64,000 nt of DNA from a virus (taxonomy: Duplodnaviria > Caudoviricetes), in the IMG/VR virus record IMGVR_UViG_3300025383_000009; one strand, given 5' to 3'. Positions 62,785 through 64,000 of the stretch are shown in pieces (within the stretch, counting starts at the first letter, position 1; the number at the start of each line of letters is the position of its first letter). Below the pieces are notes generated by a model. The model had not been told where the DNA came from, did not search any database, and was given only the letters and a program-made list of their open reading frames with translations. The translations under genes were made by a program, and so were the position numbers.

Positions 62785-63935
62785 AGTTCCTTATATTGAT
62801 CCACTGTCATATTATGTATCTTCAAGACATAATCGTCTGAAGGATGAGATGTTAATCTATTGAATGAATCTATTAGTTTAAGATCAAGCATTGCTTTCTG
62901 TCTACCGAATGGATGATCTAAGATCTTACATGATGAGAATATAACATCACGATCTATATGGTTATAGTCTGATCCAGGTCGTACATAGTTTTCTACCCAA
63001 CGGATGAAGTCACAGCACACGTCTTCTGCATTATATGGGTATGCACCAGTCTCTACATAGATCCGTTCCATAACTTGATCGAGGAACTCTTCTTGCTTCA
63101 TCTTAGTTAATGGTTTTGCAAGATATGAGATACACTCTACTGCATTTGTACCGTAGTAGAACGGTGATGTCTTATCAACGTACTGTGGGTACCAATCAGC
63201 CACGTCTGCAACTACTGCAGCATACTGGAAGTGGTACTGTCTTAAGTTATTCTTAACGTTCCAATCTAACATGAACGAACCGATCTCTCTTAGTGATCTC
63301 TGTCCACCAGATTCTAAAAACTCTGCTAGTTCTCTTGCTAATCGTGGTGCATACTCTGATAGGTAATAATCTCCACCACGTTTATATCTTGATCCTGCAG
63401 GTGGTTTAGGAAATGCTGGGAATTGGTATCCAACAGAAGTGTAGAAGGAGTATGGATAGTTGTTCACCATCTCGACCATGTCCTCAATAGTCTTACAGTT
63501 ATGTAGCGAGAACAATAAGGTATTGTGGTATCCACTAGGTTTCGTACTGTAATTAATTGCAGAACCACATACACGATGGAGGATGAATATGTACAGCCAT
63601 TCGGGCAGTTTAAAGTCGGAATGTTTTCCTGTCCAGTTATGTGCTACAGTATCTCGTTGATGTGTGATCTTACCTGCTTCCATCTTTTTCCAATATGGAT
63701 GCTGATCCGTCCAACCATAAAAGCAATCATTAACGATCTGAGAGAAACCTGCATACTTACGTTCGACCACATCATACAATTCTACATGATGCAGTAGATC
63801 ATCATTCATGTTTGACTCTACATGTGATATCATGCCATAAGGTGGTGTAAGAGATACATTACACTTCTCTTGCTGATCCTTTGCAAGGTTAAAGTATCTT
63901 ATGTACTCATCATAGTATTGTGTTGTTTCAATCAA
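62769..63935 (-). CDS. Amino acid/amine:DNA transferase-like protein (aGPT-Pplase1-like), paralog A
   Basis: DDLL---ELYDVVER, LHRVCGS, VADVADWYPQYVD-S-FYYGTNA, NAEDVCCDFIRW; TTG start overlapping the upstream TGA. Confidence 0.6.
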   Translation of the reverse strand: MIETTQYYDEYIRYFNLAKDQQEKCNVSLTPPYGMISHVESNMNDDLLHHVELYDVVERKYAGFSQIVNDCFYGWTDQHPYWKKMEAGKITHQRDTVAHNWTGKHSDFKLPEWLYIFILHRVCGSAINYSTKPSGYHNTLLFSLHNCKTIEDMVEMVNNYPYSFYTSVGYQFPAFPKPPAGSRYKRGGDYYLSEYAPRLARELAEFLESGGQRSLREIGSFMLDWNVKNNLRQYHFQYAAVVADVADWYPQYVDKTSPFYYGTNAVECISYLAKPLTKMKQEEFLDQVMERIYVETGAYPYNAEDVCCDFIRWVENYVRPGSDYNHIDRDVIFSSCKILDHPFGRQKAMLDLKLIDSFNRLTSHPSDDYVLKIHNMTVDQYKELCKTL

Positions 63936-64000
63936 TATAAACCAACCTCAGTTAAAAATGTTTGTAGTCTAAGCAGCATACCAACTTCATAGGCTTTACT
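63932..64000 (-). CDS. C-terminal fragment of an upstream gene (SKAYEVGMLLRLQTFLTEVGLY*)
   Basis: Open frame to the window end; stop overlaps the next start (TTGA). Confidence 0.55.
   Translation of the reverse strand, partial: SKAYEVGMLLRLQTFLTEVGLY

Noticed and set aside
61-63797. Many 60-160 aa ORFs antisense to or overlapping core genes (e.g. 3091-3453, 14160-14474, 19289-19663, 24044-24520, 39867-40253, 44525-44917, 54080-54436)
   Set aside because: Shadow frames of well-supported genes; no SD, coupling or recognisable motifs
1-64000. CRISPR array
   Set aside because: No regularly spaced 25-45 bp repeats with unique spacers; the repeats at 33-34.5 kb are in-frame coding duplications
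63932-64000. Assigning the truncated upstream gene as the missing 5hm-base kinase
   Set aside because: Only 22 C-terminal residues are visible and they carry no diagnostic motif

Overview
This is a 64 kb segment of a large T4-like (myovirus) phage genome. Evidence: gp46, gp45/44/62, RegA, gp61, gp41, UvsX, gp43, gp30, NrdA/B and TATAAATA late promoters. Genes run on + from 1-11.76 kb and on - from 64 kb back to 11.77 kb. The host is probably a Gram-negative methylotroph (Methylophilaceae-like), inferred from an unannotated 23-aa PqqA cassette at 11322-11393 with its own promoter, RBS and terminator. Main systems: (1) a late-promoter operon joining CsgF/CsgG/curlin-like genes to FecR and a CHASE2 adenylate cyclase; (2) a late cluster of eight proteins with T4-type capsid-targeting N-termini, including His-rich polyproteins divided by prohead-protease-type sites and several nucleotidyltransferase/ligase-like enzymes; (3) a candidate cytosine hypermodification system (gp42-like hydroxymethylase with the dCMP-specifying Asp, two amino-acid:DNA-transferase-like paralogs, a PLP enzyme and a BGT-like/SGNH fusion); (4) polyamine and iron auxiliary genes (SpeD-like, homospermidine synthase, heme oxygenase, Dps). 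There is also one tRNA-Trp and one degenerate tRNA-like RNA. Four small gene families occur once on each side of about 17 kb, where base composition and promoter style also change, so the window may be a mosaic or chimera of two related phages. All family assignments are by eye or from memory; no database searches were run.
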